DNA of 64,000 nt from a virus, in the IMG/VR virus record IMGVR_UViG_3300031521_000027, positions 40,214 to 104,213 of that record; one strand, written 5' to 3'. The notes under the pieces are model-generated. The model had not been told where the DNA came from and searched no databases. It saw only the letters and a program-made list of their open reading frames with translations. A program made the position numbers and the translations under genes. Of the stretch, positions 18,778-28,241 are shown one piece after another (the stretch's first letter is position 1; the number at the start of each line of letters is the position of its first letter).

Positions 18778-19773
18778 ATCGCCACCTTCAGTGGCTGGCT
18801 GACCGGGACCAAGAAGACCCCTGAGCCCCGGCAGATCACGTGGGTGTGCGGGCCGGAGGTCGTGCTTGTGGAGGAGGTCGTCCGGAGCGTCTCGGAGTTC
18901 CTCGCCCCCGAGCCGTGGAACCGGGTCAGCCTCGTGGCCGGAGATGATTCTGAGCGGGACATCTGGGCCGCGCTGGACCAGCACCCGATGGACACCTCAC
19001 CCCGGCTGGTGATCGTCCGGCACGTCGAGAAGATCCATGAGTGGGACCGCTTCGTGCAGTGGGTCAAGGACCGCTCGCGCAACCCCCGGACCTACGTGGT
19101 CATGGTCTCCTCCGAGGCGGCTGTTCCGAAGACCGAGCCCACCCCGGAGGAGCGCAGACACGGTACCCGCCCGGAGCCCCTCCCGCACATAGCCTGTATC
19201 GGATCCAAGGGCCACGTGGTGGAGTGCAAGCCGTTCACCTCGGCCACCGCGCTGCGCTCCGTGGAGTGGGTCCAGTCGAAGGCCCCCATGCGGGACGGCA
19301 TCGCCCGGCACCTGCTCACCCGCTCGAACTGGAACCTGCGGCTGGTCCGCGACATCTGCCTGAAGCTCGCCGTGTTCCCCGGTGAGATCACCATCTCAGT
19401 GGTCAACACCCTGCTGGCCGAGCAGCCCCGGGACAGCTTCACCGACGCCCTGCTGGCGCTGGACCGCAAGACCGCACTGCTCGCCGCCGAGTCGATCCCT
19501 CGCGAGGAGGTCGGGCGCATCATCGGCCTGCTGGACGCGAAGCTCGACAAGGCTGGGATGATCCATGACATGCAGGTGGACCACAAGTCACCCGGCGACA
19601 TGGCCAAGGCTCTGGGTCCGCAGGCGTTCCTGCTCACCGAGCTGATGAACGTCTCCAAGCACTACAACGCCAAGCGCAGGCTCGCGATCCGCAGGACGCT
19701 GGCCGTGGTCGACGAGGCCTACCGCTCCGGGCAGACAACGGGTCTGCTCGAAGTTGTCGTGGCGTTCTGGTGA
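18778..19773 (+). CDS. Clamp-loader subunit, Pol III delta (HolA)-like
   Basis: ITWVCGPEVVLVEEVV...ALDQHPM..SPRLVIVRHVEKI N-terminus and helical collar; start uncertain (ATC at 18778 after GGAGG, or ATG at 18739). Confidence 0.7.
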   Translation: MATFSGWLTGTKKTPEPRQITWVCGPEVVLVEEVVRSVSEFLAPEPWNRVSLVAGDDSERDIWAALDQHPMDTSPRLVIVRHVEKIHEWDRFVQWVKDRSRNPRTYVVMVSSEAAVPKTEPTPEERRHGTRPEPLPHIACIGSKGHVVECKPFTSATALRSVEWVQSKAPMRDGIARHLLTRSNWNLRLVRDICLKLAVFPGEITISVVNTLLAEQPRDSFTDALLALDRKTALLAAESIPREEVGRIIGLLDAKLDKAGMIHDMQVDHKSPGDMAKALGPQAFLLTELMNVSKHYNAKRRLAIRRTLAVVDEAYRSGQTTGLLEVVVAFW

Positions 19774-19784
19774 GGCGTACCAGT
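19754..19784 (+). promoter_or_regulatory. Phage class-II promoter (TTGTC-N15-GGCGTACCAGT)
   Basis: Exact downstream element, upstream of the polymerase operon. Confidence 0.7.
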
Positions 19785-19818
19785 AAGTGGAGCACCCCGC
19801 AGATCAAGGAGAACTGAC

Positions 19819-20010
19819 ATGGACTGGGCAACGTACTGGATCCTGCTGGCGCAGGCAGGCATCGCTCTCGTAGCGCTGGCCGTGCCGCTGTCGTTCGCCA
19901 TCGCGGTGGCAGGAGCAGGTGTCAAGGCAGCCATGAAGAGTGCGGGCTCAGCTGAGGTCCCGCAGGCTCCCCTGACCCAGAACACCTACACCTTCCCGCC
20001 GACCAAGTGA
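19819..20010 (+). CDS. Small membrane protein
   Basis: Hydrophobic N-terminal half, AAGGAG RBS. Confidence 0.65.
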   Translation: MDWATYWILLAQAGIALVALAVPLSFAIAVAGAGVKAAMKSAGSAEVPQAPLTQNTYTFPPTK

Positions 20011-22616
20011 CCACTCGCAACTACGGAGCCCTCCGGGAGGCCTACGGGTCCAAGGGTGCGGTCTCCTTCATCGACCGGATCACAGCCAGCGGTAAGCCCT
20101 TCGACTTCGACATCGAGGCGGGCTACACCGGGGACGACAAGAAGGGTGTCTCCCTCCAGCAGTACCACCCCGACTACCTCGTGGTCGGCATCTCCTTCAC
20201 GGTCTCCACCGAGTGGGCCCGCTACATCCCCTTCGCCCACGACAGCGGCGGCAACATCGACGACATCGTCCCGGTGGCCCGCGCCTTGTGGCGGCTGCTC
20301 AGCTCCGGGCAGGGGATCGCCCACAACGCAGCCTACGAACTCAAGGGCATGTCCCGGTGGTTTCGTGAAACGTTGTGGAACGACGACGAGCTGGGCGAAG
20401 AGATCCGACGCACCAAGGGCATGTTCCCGATCCTCGCTGACACGATGCTGCTGGTCTGGCTCGCCGCCTGCTACGACCCGCTCCGCGTCGGCAAGGACCT
20501 GAAGTCGGTGGCCAAGGCCGCGTTCGGCATGGAGATGACCCACTTCGACGACCTCTTCCCCACCACTGACACCGACCTCGGCCCGGCCATGAAGCGGGGT
20601 GGCAAGCCGTACATCCGGTTCAACACCCGCAACTCCTACAGCCCCGTGATCGTGGGCTACGCCTGTGAGGACTCCGTCGCCTCCTTCATGGTCTGGGAGA
20701 AGCACTACGAGGCCCTCAAGGACACGTTCATCTTCAAGACCGAGATGGCCCTGCTCCCGGGACTGGTGGAGATGGAGGCCGGGGTCATCGATCCGGAGAC
20801 CGGGGTCGCCTCCGGCAACATGTTCTTCCACTGGCCCAACGTCCGCAAGAAGTCCGAGGAGGCCCTGCGCTTCGCCACCCTCATGGGTGAGGAGATTCAG
20901 GACCAGCTGGGCAAGCGGCTGAACAAGACCATCAACATCAACCTGAACTCGGTCCCGCAGCTGGCCAAGGTCCTGTTCGACGAGAAGCCCGACGGCCTCG
21001 GCCTGCCAGTGAAGGTGCGCTCGGAGAAGACCGGGGCACCCAGCACCAGCGACGACGCCCTGAAGGTGATTGCCAAGTCCGACCCGATCATCAAGATGAT
21101 CCTTGAGTACCGGCAGGTGGTGAAGCTCAACGGGTCCTACCTGACCAAGTTCATCAACGAGCTGGGCTACTCCGGCACCGGCTACGTCTTCCCCAACCAC
21201 AACCAGTTCGGTGCCCTCACCGGGCGGCTCTCGGTGGATCAGGTCAGCTACCAGCAGTGGCCCAAGCCGTACCACTTCCAGCTGCTGTCCGGGCTCACCT
21301 TCGACCTCAACTTCCGGGACCTGTTCATCTCCCCGGACCACTTCCGGATCGTCGGCTTCGACTACGCCAACGTGGAGATGCGGATCGCCGGGGCCCTGTC
21401 CGGTGAGCGCAAGATCATCGACGCCTTCAACAACGGGCTCGACCTCCACAAGTCCACCGCCTCGGCCACCTTCAAGGTCAGCCTCGAAGATGTCACCAAG
21501 AAGCAGCGGCAGTCGGCCAAGACCCTGAACTTCGCCACCCTCTTCGGGTCCGGTGCAGGGAACATCGCCGAGATGCTGACCAGCCCCTCCGACCCGGTGA
21601 CCAAGGAGGACGCCGAGCAGATGCTGGAGGACTACTTCGCTGGGTACCCAGCGCTGGCCGATTGGATCGCCAGCCAGAAGGCGCACGGTCGTGAGTCCAA
21701 GGAGGTCCGCACCCACTTCGGTCGGCTCTACACCATCTGGGAGCACTACCAGCCCAAGGAGTGGATCAAGGCCAAGGGTGACCGGATGTCGGTCAACGCA
21801 CCGATTCAGGGCACCGCCGCCGACATCCTCAAGATCGCCATGGTCCGTGCCAAGAAGGCCATCAAGGAGGCCGGGCTGGAGGACCTCGTCCGGATGACCC
21901 TGACCGTCCACGACGCGCTGGAGTTCCTCGTCCACGAGTCCGTCTCCACCCAGCAGGTCATCGACCTGATCGAGCCCTGCGTCAACTTCCCGGTGCCCGG
22001 CTTCCCGCTGGAGATCCGGGCGGACTGGCACGAGGGCTACCAGTGGGGTGCCCAGACCGAGGTCCGGCTCGACGAGAACAAGCAGATCAAGAGCTTCGAC
22101 ATCGAGGTGGAGCTGCCGTGGCTGAAGGAGTCCCACTACTGGGAGGGCTCCACGCTGCACGAGGTGCTGGACCAGTACTACGCGTGGGAGGCAGGCTTCT
22201 TCGGCTTCTCCGCCCCGTACTACGCCACCCGCAACCCAGACTTCTCCCTGCCCGAACCCGCAGATGCCTCCCAGCAGCCCGACGTTGCCGCTGTGGAGCC
22301 TGAGGAGGAGGACCCGGGGTGGTTCCACAGCGCGGAGCACAACGCCGCACTGCTGCCCCCCAAGACCGCCACGGTGACCATCTCCGAGATGCCCGACGAG
22401 GAGCAGTGGCTGAAGTTCACCACCTACCTCGACTTCCGGCAGGGTGTGGACACGGTCAAGGTCGAGACCCCGGAGGGTGTCGTCACGCTCGACGGCACGT
22501 TCCGGATCTCCCCGGACGATCAGCCAGCCATCAGCCTCATCCTCGGAGGGGCCGGTCTGGTGATCGCTGACGACGTGGCCGACGCCGACGACGTGATGGC
22601 AGGGATGCTGGTATGA
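20007..22616 (+). CDS. polA: Family A DNA polymerase with 3'-5' exonuclease and a C-terminal extension
   Basis: Exo FDIEAG/HNAAYE/YACED; TGRLS; motif A FDYANVEMR, motif B RQSAKTLNFATLFG, motif C TVHDAL; no 5' nuclease domain. Confidence 0.95.
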   Translation: MTTRNYGALREAYGSKGAVSFIDRITASGKPFDFDIEAGYTGDDKKGVSLQQYHPDYLVVGISFTVSTEWARYIPFAHDSGGNIDDIVPVARALWRLLSSGQGIAHNAAYELKGMSRWFRETLWNDDELGEEIRRTKGMFPILADTMLLVWLAACYDPLRVGKDLKSVAKAAFGMEMTHFDDLFPTTDTDLGPAMKRGGKPYIRFNTRNSYSPVIVGYACEDSVASFMVWEKHYEALKDTFIFKTEMALLPGLVEMEAGVIDPETGVASGNMFFHWPNVRKKSEEALRFATLMGEEIQDQLGKRLNKTININLNSVPQLAKVLFDEKPDGLGLPVKVRSEKTGAPSTSDDALKVIAKSDPIIKMILEYRQVVKLNGSYLTKFINELGYSGTGYVFPNHNQFGALTGRLSVDQVSYQQWPKPYHFQLLSGLTFDLNFRDLFISPDHFRIVGFDYANVEMRIAGALSGERKIIDAFNNGLDLHKSTASATFKVSLEDVTKKQRQSAKTLNFATLFGSGAGNIAEMLTSPSDPVTKEDAEQMLEDYFAGYPALADWIASQKAHGRESKEVRTHFGRLYTIWEHYQPKEWIKAKGDRMSVNAPIQGTAADILKIAMVRAKKAIKEAGLEDLVRMTLTVHDALEFLVHESVSTQQVIDLIEPCVNFPVPGFPLEIRADWHEGYQWGAQTEVRLDENKQIKSFDIEVELPWLKESHYWEGSTLHEVLDQYYAWEAGFFGFSAPYYATRNPDFSLPEPADASQQPDVAAVEPEEEDPGWFHSAEHNAALLPPKTATVTISEMPDEEQWLKFTTYLDFRQGVDTVKVETPEGVVTLDGTFRISPDDQPAISLILGGAGLVIADDVADADDVMAGMLV

Positions 22617-23119
22617 GCAACGAGTCCGACTTCGAGGCCCAGATCATGGCGTGGGTCACTGAGACGCTGGAGCTTCGCCACGGTGAGGCAGGGGACCCCA
22701 AGGGCAGGCTGCGCGGTGCTGAGCAGGAGAGCATCGCGGAGATGACCGACCTGCTGCTGCGGGTCAGGGCACGCGCCGACCGGGTCGACGAGCTGCTGAG
22801 CAAGGTCACCCTCGCTCGGGGCCGGGCACGTAGGGCCAAGGAGGAGGCAGCCTTCACCGCTGACCGAGCCCTGATGCAGGCCACCCAGATCCGGGGGGCG
22901 AAGAGGACCGAGTTCTCCTCCGCCGCCGAGCGGGCAGCCGACGCCAAGCTGGATTCGTTTGAGGAAAGAAGGGTGGCTTATCTTAGGGACAGATTGGTAT
23001 CGGTTACCAATGATGCCCACGAAGTGATTTCACAGGTTCACTGGCAGCTGGACGCCATCCGCAAGGACCTGCGCGCCTCGCTCCACGCCCTCCAGTTCGA
23101 GTCCTCGCTGGAACGGTGA
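22613..23119 (+). CDS. Coiled-coil protein, possibly a recombination mediator
   Basis: All-helical, between the polymerase and SSB; function inferred from context only. Confidence 0.45.
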   Translation: MSNESDFEAQIMAWVTETLELRHGEAGDPKGRLRGAEQESIAEMTDLLLRVRARADRVDELLSKVTLARGRARRAKEEAAFTADRALMQATQIRGAKRTEFSSAAERAADAKLDSFEERRVAYLRDRLVSVTNDAHEVISQVHWQLDAIRKDLRASLHALQFESSLER

Positions 23120-23126
23120 CGTCATT

Positions 23127-23157
23127 CTGCGGATTGTCAGTGCTGATCCGTACCATT
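23127..23157 (+). promoter_or_regulatory. Overlapping class-II phage promoter and RecA-NDp/PafBC-type promoter
   Basis: CTGCG-N15-TCCGTACCATT, plus TTGTCAGTG-N8-TACCAT at 23134-23156. Confidence 0.7.
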
Positions 23158-23214
23158 AGTTAGAAGCCAACGAGTCCGGAACTATCCGGCTCCCGGGAAA
23201 CAAGAAAGAGACAG

Positions 23215-24339
23215 ATGCCCAGAGTCACATTCGAGGAAGAGAACAGGGTTGCAGTCACGAACTACGACTACCCGAAGCTCAAGCTCAAGAACGGGGAGCG
23301 CGCCCGCATCCTCGTTGGTCTGGAGAACCCCGTCATGGAGTTCGTCCACACCCTCCGCAAGCCGCAGATCATCAACGGCGTCGTGCAGATGGAGACCAAG
23401 GAGCGCAAGGACAAGTCCACGTTCGAGGACTACAAGACCGACTTCATCACCAAGGCGATCTGCATGGGCGACGCCACCATCCTCGGCGAGAAGGGCAGCG
23501 ACCCCAAGAACTGCCCGATGTGCAAGCTGGCCAAGGACTTCCCCGACTACGCGCAGGAGCCGCAGCGCCGCTACGCCATGCACGTGATCCGCTACCGCAC
23601 CAAGGCCGGGACCACCACGCTCCAGACGCCGTACTCGGTCGAGGTCCTCGTGTGGGGCTTCGCCGACAAGGTGTTCAACAAGCTGATCGACGCCAAGAAG
23701 GAGTGGACCGACCTGCGCAAGCACGACCTGCTCCTCGGCCCGTGCTCCAGCGAGAACTTCCAGCAGTTCGACATCGCCGTCGCGGCGAACGCCGAGTGGC
23801 TGGGCGACAAGGAGCGTCAGACCATGACGGCGCTCTCCTTCCGCGAGAACCAGATCCCCGATCTGACCATCGCCTGCGGTTCGCCGAAGCAGCTCCAGTG
23901 GGTCCAGCAGGACATCGCCGCCGTCATGGAGGCGTGGAATCAGGTCAAGGGTGTGGCTGCTCAGGCTGCATCCACCGAGGGTCTGGAAGACGACCTCAAC
24001 GGCCTGCTGGATGGCATCGGCGGCGTTGGCATCAGCGACGACGAGGTCAACCTCGACACGGGGGAGATGCTCGATGAGCTGCCCGACGTGCTGACCGACG
24101 ACCTGCTCGCAGGCATCGGCGACGACCCGGCTGAGGAGCCGGTCGAAGAGCCCGCTGAGGAGCTGGCTGAGGAAGCCACCGAGGAAACCTCCGACGACCT
24201 CCTTGCGGGGCTGGAGGAGACCAAGGTGGCAGAGCCGGTCAAGAAGGCCCCCGCCAAGGCTGCAACCAAGGCCCCTGCCAAGGCTGCTGCCGAGCCCGCC
24301 GTCGACAACTTCGACGACCTGCTCGCTGGTCTGGTGTGA
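23215..24339 (+). CDS. Single-stranded DNA-binding protein (gp32-like)
   Basis: Zn-ligand H/C/CPMC core, long acidic tail ending FDDLLAGLV; upstream of resolvase and RecA. Confidence 0.7.
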   Translation: MPRVTFEEENRVAVTNYDYPKLKLKNGERARILVGLENPVMEFVHTLRKPQIINGVVQMETKERKDKSTFEDYKTDFITKAICMGDATILGEKGSDPKNCPMCKLAKDFPDYAQEPQRRYAMHVIRYRTKAGTTTLQTPYSVEVLVWGFADKVFNKLIDAKKEWTDLRKHDLLLGPCSSENFQQFDIAVAANAEWLGDKERQTMTALSFRENQIPDLTIACGSPKQLQWVQQDIAAVMEAWNQVKGVAAQAASTEGLEDDLNGLLDGIGGVGISDDEVNLDTGEMLDELPDVLTDDLLAGIGDDPAEEPVEEPAEELAEEATEETSDDLLAGLEETKVAEPVKKAPAKAATKAPAKAAAEPAVDNFDDLLAGLV

Positions 24340-24935
24340 GCCTGATCCTCTCGGTGGATCTCGCCGCCAAGCTCTCCGCAGTGATCCTGCGGGGGGCTGG
24401 TGGTGGGGTCACCGCCCAGTTCGACTCCCGGGACAAGCCCCCACTGCGCTTCCTCCGGGAGATCGCGTACGCCGCCGACGAAGCTGACATCGTGGTCGTG
24501 GAGGACGTGCCCTACGGCATCTCCAACCAGATGATGATCAAGCCCGTGCTGCGGTTGCAGGGAGCCCTGCTGTCCTACCTGTCGGTCACCCAGAGCGTGA
24601 GCAAGACCCTGTTCATGGGTCCCTCCGTGTGGATGAAGGACTACCCGGGCATTCAGGTAGCGACCACCAAGGGCCTGACGAAATCCGCCTCCGACAAAGA
24701 GCGAATCGAGACGGCAAGAATCCACGCTGAAAGGCTGGGCTACACACCCCCGGATCTTGTTTCCGAATACGTCTCCGGATTGCCGGAAGGCAAGAAGGTC
24801 CTCAAGAAGAACACCAACGTCTTGGAGAAGTCGATGACCGACTACATCTCCGCATTCCTGATGGCTGAGTTCTGTAGCCGGTTCACATTCGAGGAGCTGT
24901 CGGGAATGCCCGGCGTCTCCACCGCCTCACTCTGA
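24336..24935 (+). CDS. RuvC-like Holliday junction resolvase
   Basis: ILSVDLA, VVVED and TDYISAFLMA RNase H-fold acidic motifs. Confidence 0.65.
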   Translation: MSLILSVDLAAKLSAVILRGAGGGVTAQFDSRDKPPLRFLREIAYAADEADIVVVEDVPYGISNQMMIKPVLRLQGALLSYLSVTQSVSKTLFMGPSVWMKDYPGIQVATTKGLTKSASDKERIETARIHAERLGYTPPDLVSEYVSGLPEGKKVLKKNTNVLEKSMTDYISAFLMAEFCSRFTFEELSGMPGVSTASL

Positions 24936-24944
24936 GAAGGATTC

Positions 24945-26210
24945 ATGGCTGTCGCAAAACCGAAGGTCTCCGGCCTCGCCCTCCTGCTGGCCCAGTCCGA
25001 GAAGAAGTACAACCTCGCGGTGGGCACGCTGGACTCCATCGCCACGGACACCGTGTTCATCTCCACCGGGAACATCGCCATCAACCACGCCATCGGTGGC
25101 GGCGTCCCCATGGGGCGCACGGTGGAGTTCTACGGGCCTCCCAGCTCGGGCAAGACAACACTGGGCATCCAGACCGCTGTGGAGATGCAGCGGGTCATCC
25201 TGAGCGGCGGAGACCCCTCCCGTGGGATCGGCCCGGACGACTCGATCATCTACCTCGACTACGAGCAGGCCTTCGACGCCGGGTACGCCCATGCGCTGGG
25301 GCTCGACACCAGCCACAAGTCCTTCCTCTTCGGCCAGCCCGACATGCTGGAGGAGGGCGCGGACTTCCTGATGGAGGCGTTCAAGACCGGTGAGGTCCGG
25401 CTGGCCATCGTCGACTCCGTCGCGGCCATGACCCCCTCCGCGCAGGCTGAGGCCGACTCGGTGGGCAAGTCCCTCCCGGCGGTGCAGGCCAAGCTGATGA
25501 AGGTGTTCGGCACCAACCTGAACGCCGTGCTGAAGAACAACAACGGCACGGTCATCTTCATCAACCACGAGATCGAGACCATGGAGATGGGTGGCAACCG
25601 TCGGCCCGGGATGCCCGCCCCCACCTCCACCCCGGGGGGCAAGGCGCTGAAGTTCTTCGCCAGCGTCCGGCTCCAGTTCCGCCAGATCCGCAACGTCAAG
25701 GGCAAGATGATCGACGCCCTCACCAAGCAGGAGATCGAGATCCCGGTGGCCACCGACGTCAAGGTCAAGGTGGTCAAGAACAAGGTCGCTCCGCCGTTCC
25801 GGGAGTGCATCGTGCGGGTCCGCTTCGGCAGGGGCTTCGACGACTTCTGGACCGCCATGCAGATCCTGCTGGCCAACAAGAAGATCATCTACGCCAACGG
25901 CAGGTACTACTTCCACAACCTGATCGAGGAGATCCCCGCCGAGTGGATGGGCCGGGAGACCACCGGGACCAAGCGCCCCTACCTCCACGGGGAGGCTCGG
26001 GTCTTCTCCAGCGCCGACGCCCACACCGAGTGGAGGACCGCGATGATCGACCTCGCCAAGGTGGTCGCACTGGAGAACGTGGCCTCACTTGCGTCCGTGG
26101 CCAAGTTGGGCGTACCAGAGAGTGAGGACGATGACGAAGATGGCATCGACGGCGCTGAGCTGGACGAGCTGGTCGGGGCCTCAACGGCAGGCAACAGGAT
26201 CGACATCTAG
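24945..26210 (+). CDS. recA: RecA recombinase
   Basis: ISTG, GRTVEFYGPPSSGKTTL, IVDSVAAM, TPGGKALKFFASVRL, KVVKNKVAPPFR. Confidence 0.97.
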   Translation: MAVAKPKVSGLALLLAQSEKKYNLAVGTLDSIATDTVFISTGNIAINHAIGGGVPMGRTVEFYGPPSSGKTTLGIQTAVEMQRVILSGGDPSRGIGPDDSIIYLDYEQAFDAGYAHALGLDTSHKSFLFGQPDMLEEGADFLMEAFKTGEVRLAIVDSVAAMTPSAQAEADSVGKSLPAVQAKLMKVFGTNLNAVLKNNNGTVIFINHEIETMEMGGNRRPGMPAPTSTPGGKALKFFASVRLQFRQIRNVKGKMIDALTKQEIEIPVATDVKVKVVKNKVAPPFRECIVRVRFGRGFDDFWTAMQILLANKKIIYANGRYYFHNLIEEIPAEWMGRETTGTKRPYLHGEARVFSSADAHTEWRTAMIDLAKVVALENVASLASVAKLGVPESEDDDEDGIDGAELDELVGASTAGNRIDI

Positions 26211-26303
26211 GCAGGACTTGTTTCTTGAAACAGGTAGTGCTATCGTCCTTTTTAGAAACAGCGGTCACCTAGACAGCTCAAGACAGCACGGAAGGAGCCA
26301 GTA

Positions 26304-27470
26304 ATGGCCACCGTTACCCTCTCGGACATGGCGCACAAGCTGCTGTCCATCGAAGAGATCACCCAGCAGCTCCAGAAGACGGAGCCGCTGACCGACGAGC
26401 GGATCGACAACGAGTCGAAGGTCCGCTTCCGCTTCACCCCGGACTGGGCCCACGGCATCGAGACCGTCGCCGGTACTGCTCCGGTCGACGTCACCATGAC
26501 CATCAACGGCACCGACCGCCAGATGACCAAGGAGGCCGTCCTTCAGGCCGGTGCCAACTTCGGCCTGCCGGGTGCCTACATGCGCAAGATCCCGGCCAAC
26601 TTCGCCGAGGGCCTGCTCAACCACCACTACTCCACCGGCATGGGCTCGGAGGCTTTCAAGGTCCTGTCCGTCGCCGACCGGATCAGTGCGTTCACCCGTC
26701 CGACGCTGGTCCCCTTCTCCAACATCCAGCTGCTCAACAGCGTGGTCGAGGGCATTCAGGAGATCCATGGGGCCAACACCCCGATCTACGCCGACTACAA
26801 GTACGCCAACTCGCTGCTGCGCACTGACATCCGGCTCATCGTCCCCGAGGCCGAGCGCGTCATGGACGACACCAACATGGACGACATCCCCGAGGGCTCG
26901 TGGGATACGTGGCTGGCCGGGATCCACCTGTCCAACTCCCTGATCGGCAAGACGCAGACCTCGGAAGAGGCCTTCATGTTCCGCTGGTGGTGCACCAACG
27001 GCTGCACCACGACGCTCGACTCGCTGGGCAGCTGGAGCCGTCGCCGCGACGGTCAGGAGGAGGACGTCTACGAGTGGGCGCGCACCTCCGTCAACGAGAT
27101 CCTCGGTGGCATGGAGCACATGTTCGATCAGGTGCAGGCGCTGACCCAGCTCAACGTCACCGGCAACACCCCGGACGTCCTCCGCGAGATCTTCGCCCAG
27201 TACGAGGTGCCGGTCAGCCAGCGCGAGTCGATCATGACGCGGCTGGTGGGCATGGGCGAGATCACGATGTACCACATCATGCAGGCCATCACCGAGGTGG
27301 CCAACGAGTCCGACATGGAGGACCGTCGCCGGGACCGCTTGATGCGGATCGGCGGAGCCCTTCCGACCACGACCTTCGACACCCTGAAGGCCCGTGTCTG
27401 GCGCGAGGGTCACGCTGCTGACGCCGAGCAGCTGAACCCGTACGAGCCGCTGGTGATGATCGCCAGCTAG
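26304..27470 (+). CDS. DUF932-like protein
   Basis: GIHLSNSLIG...FRWWCTNG signature; preceded by two TTTY-NN-GAAA boxes. Confidence 0.55.
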   Translation: MATVTLSDMAHKLLSIEEITQQLQKTEPLTDERIDNESKVRFRFTPDWAHGIETVAGTAPVDVTMTINGTDRQMTKEAVLQAGANFGLPGAYMRKIPANFAEGLLNHHYSTGMGSEAFKVLSVADRISAFTRPTLVPFSNIQLLNSVVEGIQEIHGANTPIYADYKYANSLLRTDIRLIVPEAERVMDDTNMDDIPEGSWDTWLAGIHLSNSLIGKTQTSEEAFMFRWWCTNGCTTTLDSLGSWSRRRDGQEEDVYEWARTSVNEILGGMEHMFDQVQALTQLNVTGNTPDVLREIFAQYEVPVSQRESIMTRLVGMGEITMYHIMQAITEVANESDMEDRRRDRLMRIGGALPTTTFDTLKARVWREGHAADAEQLNPYEPLVMIAS

Positions 27471-27477
27471 TCAAGCC

Positions 27478-27535
27478 CGGTGCTGGGCCCCATCACATCC
27501 ATCTAGGGGTAGGGGGTGGGGGCCCAGCACCGTTT
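27478..27535 (+). terminator. Intrinsic terminator
   Basis: 14-bp stem CGGTGCTGGGCCCC/GGGGCCCAGCACCG followed by TTT. Confidence 0.75.
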
Positions 27536-27555
27536 CATGAATCGAGAGGCACCCG

Positions 27556-28185
27556 ATGTCCAGCAAGTTCCCGACCGCCACCCACTGCTTCTGGCTGGAC
27601 GTCGAGTCCACCACCCTGCCCACCGAGCACGACGAGATCATCGACTTCACCGGGGTGCACATCTTGGAGGTGGGGGTCATCCTCACCGACGTCGGGCTGA
27701 ACATCATGACCGAGTTCGGCGGTGGTGGGTATCAGGCGGTGACCAAGCTCACCATGGCAGCTGCGGACTCCCTGCGTGCCAACGAGATCACCCGGGAGAT
27801 GCACAAGGAGAACGGTCTGATCGTGGACTGCTCGCGCGCCACCCAGACGCTGGCCGACATCGACACCGAGCTGGACGAGTGGCTCACCGAGACGGGCGTG
27901 GCCAAGGGCATGTGGGCCATCGCAGGGTCCGGCGTGGCTGCGTTCGACCACCCACTGGTCAAGGCCAAGATGCCCAAGGTCGCCAGCTGGCTGGCCTACT
28001 ACCCCTACGACTGGGGCATCTTCCGCAGGTGCATCGCGAGTGCCGCAGGCCAGTACGTGGTGAACCCCCAGCTCGCCAGCTACGGGGACGCCAAGGTGCA
28101 CCGCGCCTTCAACGACGTGGAGGCCCACCTCCGTGAGGCCCAGAGCTACCGTGATTGGGTGAGATCGCTACCAGCCCCTGAGTAG
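27556..28185 (+). CDS. Oligoribonuclease-like DEDDh exonuclease
   Basis: WLDVEST, ILEVGVILTD, EMHKENGL, GSGVAAFD, HRAFNDV follow the Orn pattern. Confidence 0.8.
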   Translation: MSSKFPTATHCFWLDVESTTLPTEHDEIIDFTGVHILEVGVILTDVGLNIMTEFGGGGYQAVTKLTMAAADSLRANEITREMHKENGLIVDCSRATQTLADIDTELDEWLTETGVAKGMWAIAGSGVAAFDHPLVKAKMPKVASWLAYYPYDWGIFRRCIASAAGQYVVNPQLASYGDAKVHRAFNDVEAHLREAQSYRDWVRSLPAPE

Positions 28186-28197
28186 AAATCATCACGG

Positions 28198-28207
28198 GCC
28201 GATCTTC
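28198..28207 (+). promoter_or_regulatory. Class-III (late/lysis) promoter element GCCGATCTTC
   Basis: Same 10-mer at 28782, 30905 and 32636-32645 (minus strand). Confidence 0.55.
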
Positions 28208-28241
28208 TGAGGTGGGAAAGCACATTCAGGAGGGGTCCAAC

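Noticed and set aside
19986-22340. Long antisense ORFs (784 aa here; others at 13523-15001, 5467-6918, 51978-53021)
   Set aside because: Shadow frames of high-GC3 genes; no motifs, RBS or promoter
26109-26120. GGCGTACCAGA inside recA as a class-II promoter
   Set aside because: Final T and the upstream CTGCG element are missing; intragenic
26219-26232. True parS site
   Set aside because: Spacer is 2 nt rather than the 4-nt ACGT core, and no ParB is in the window; kept only as a resemblance
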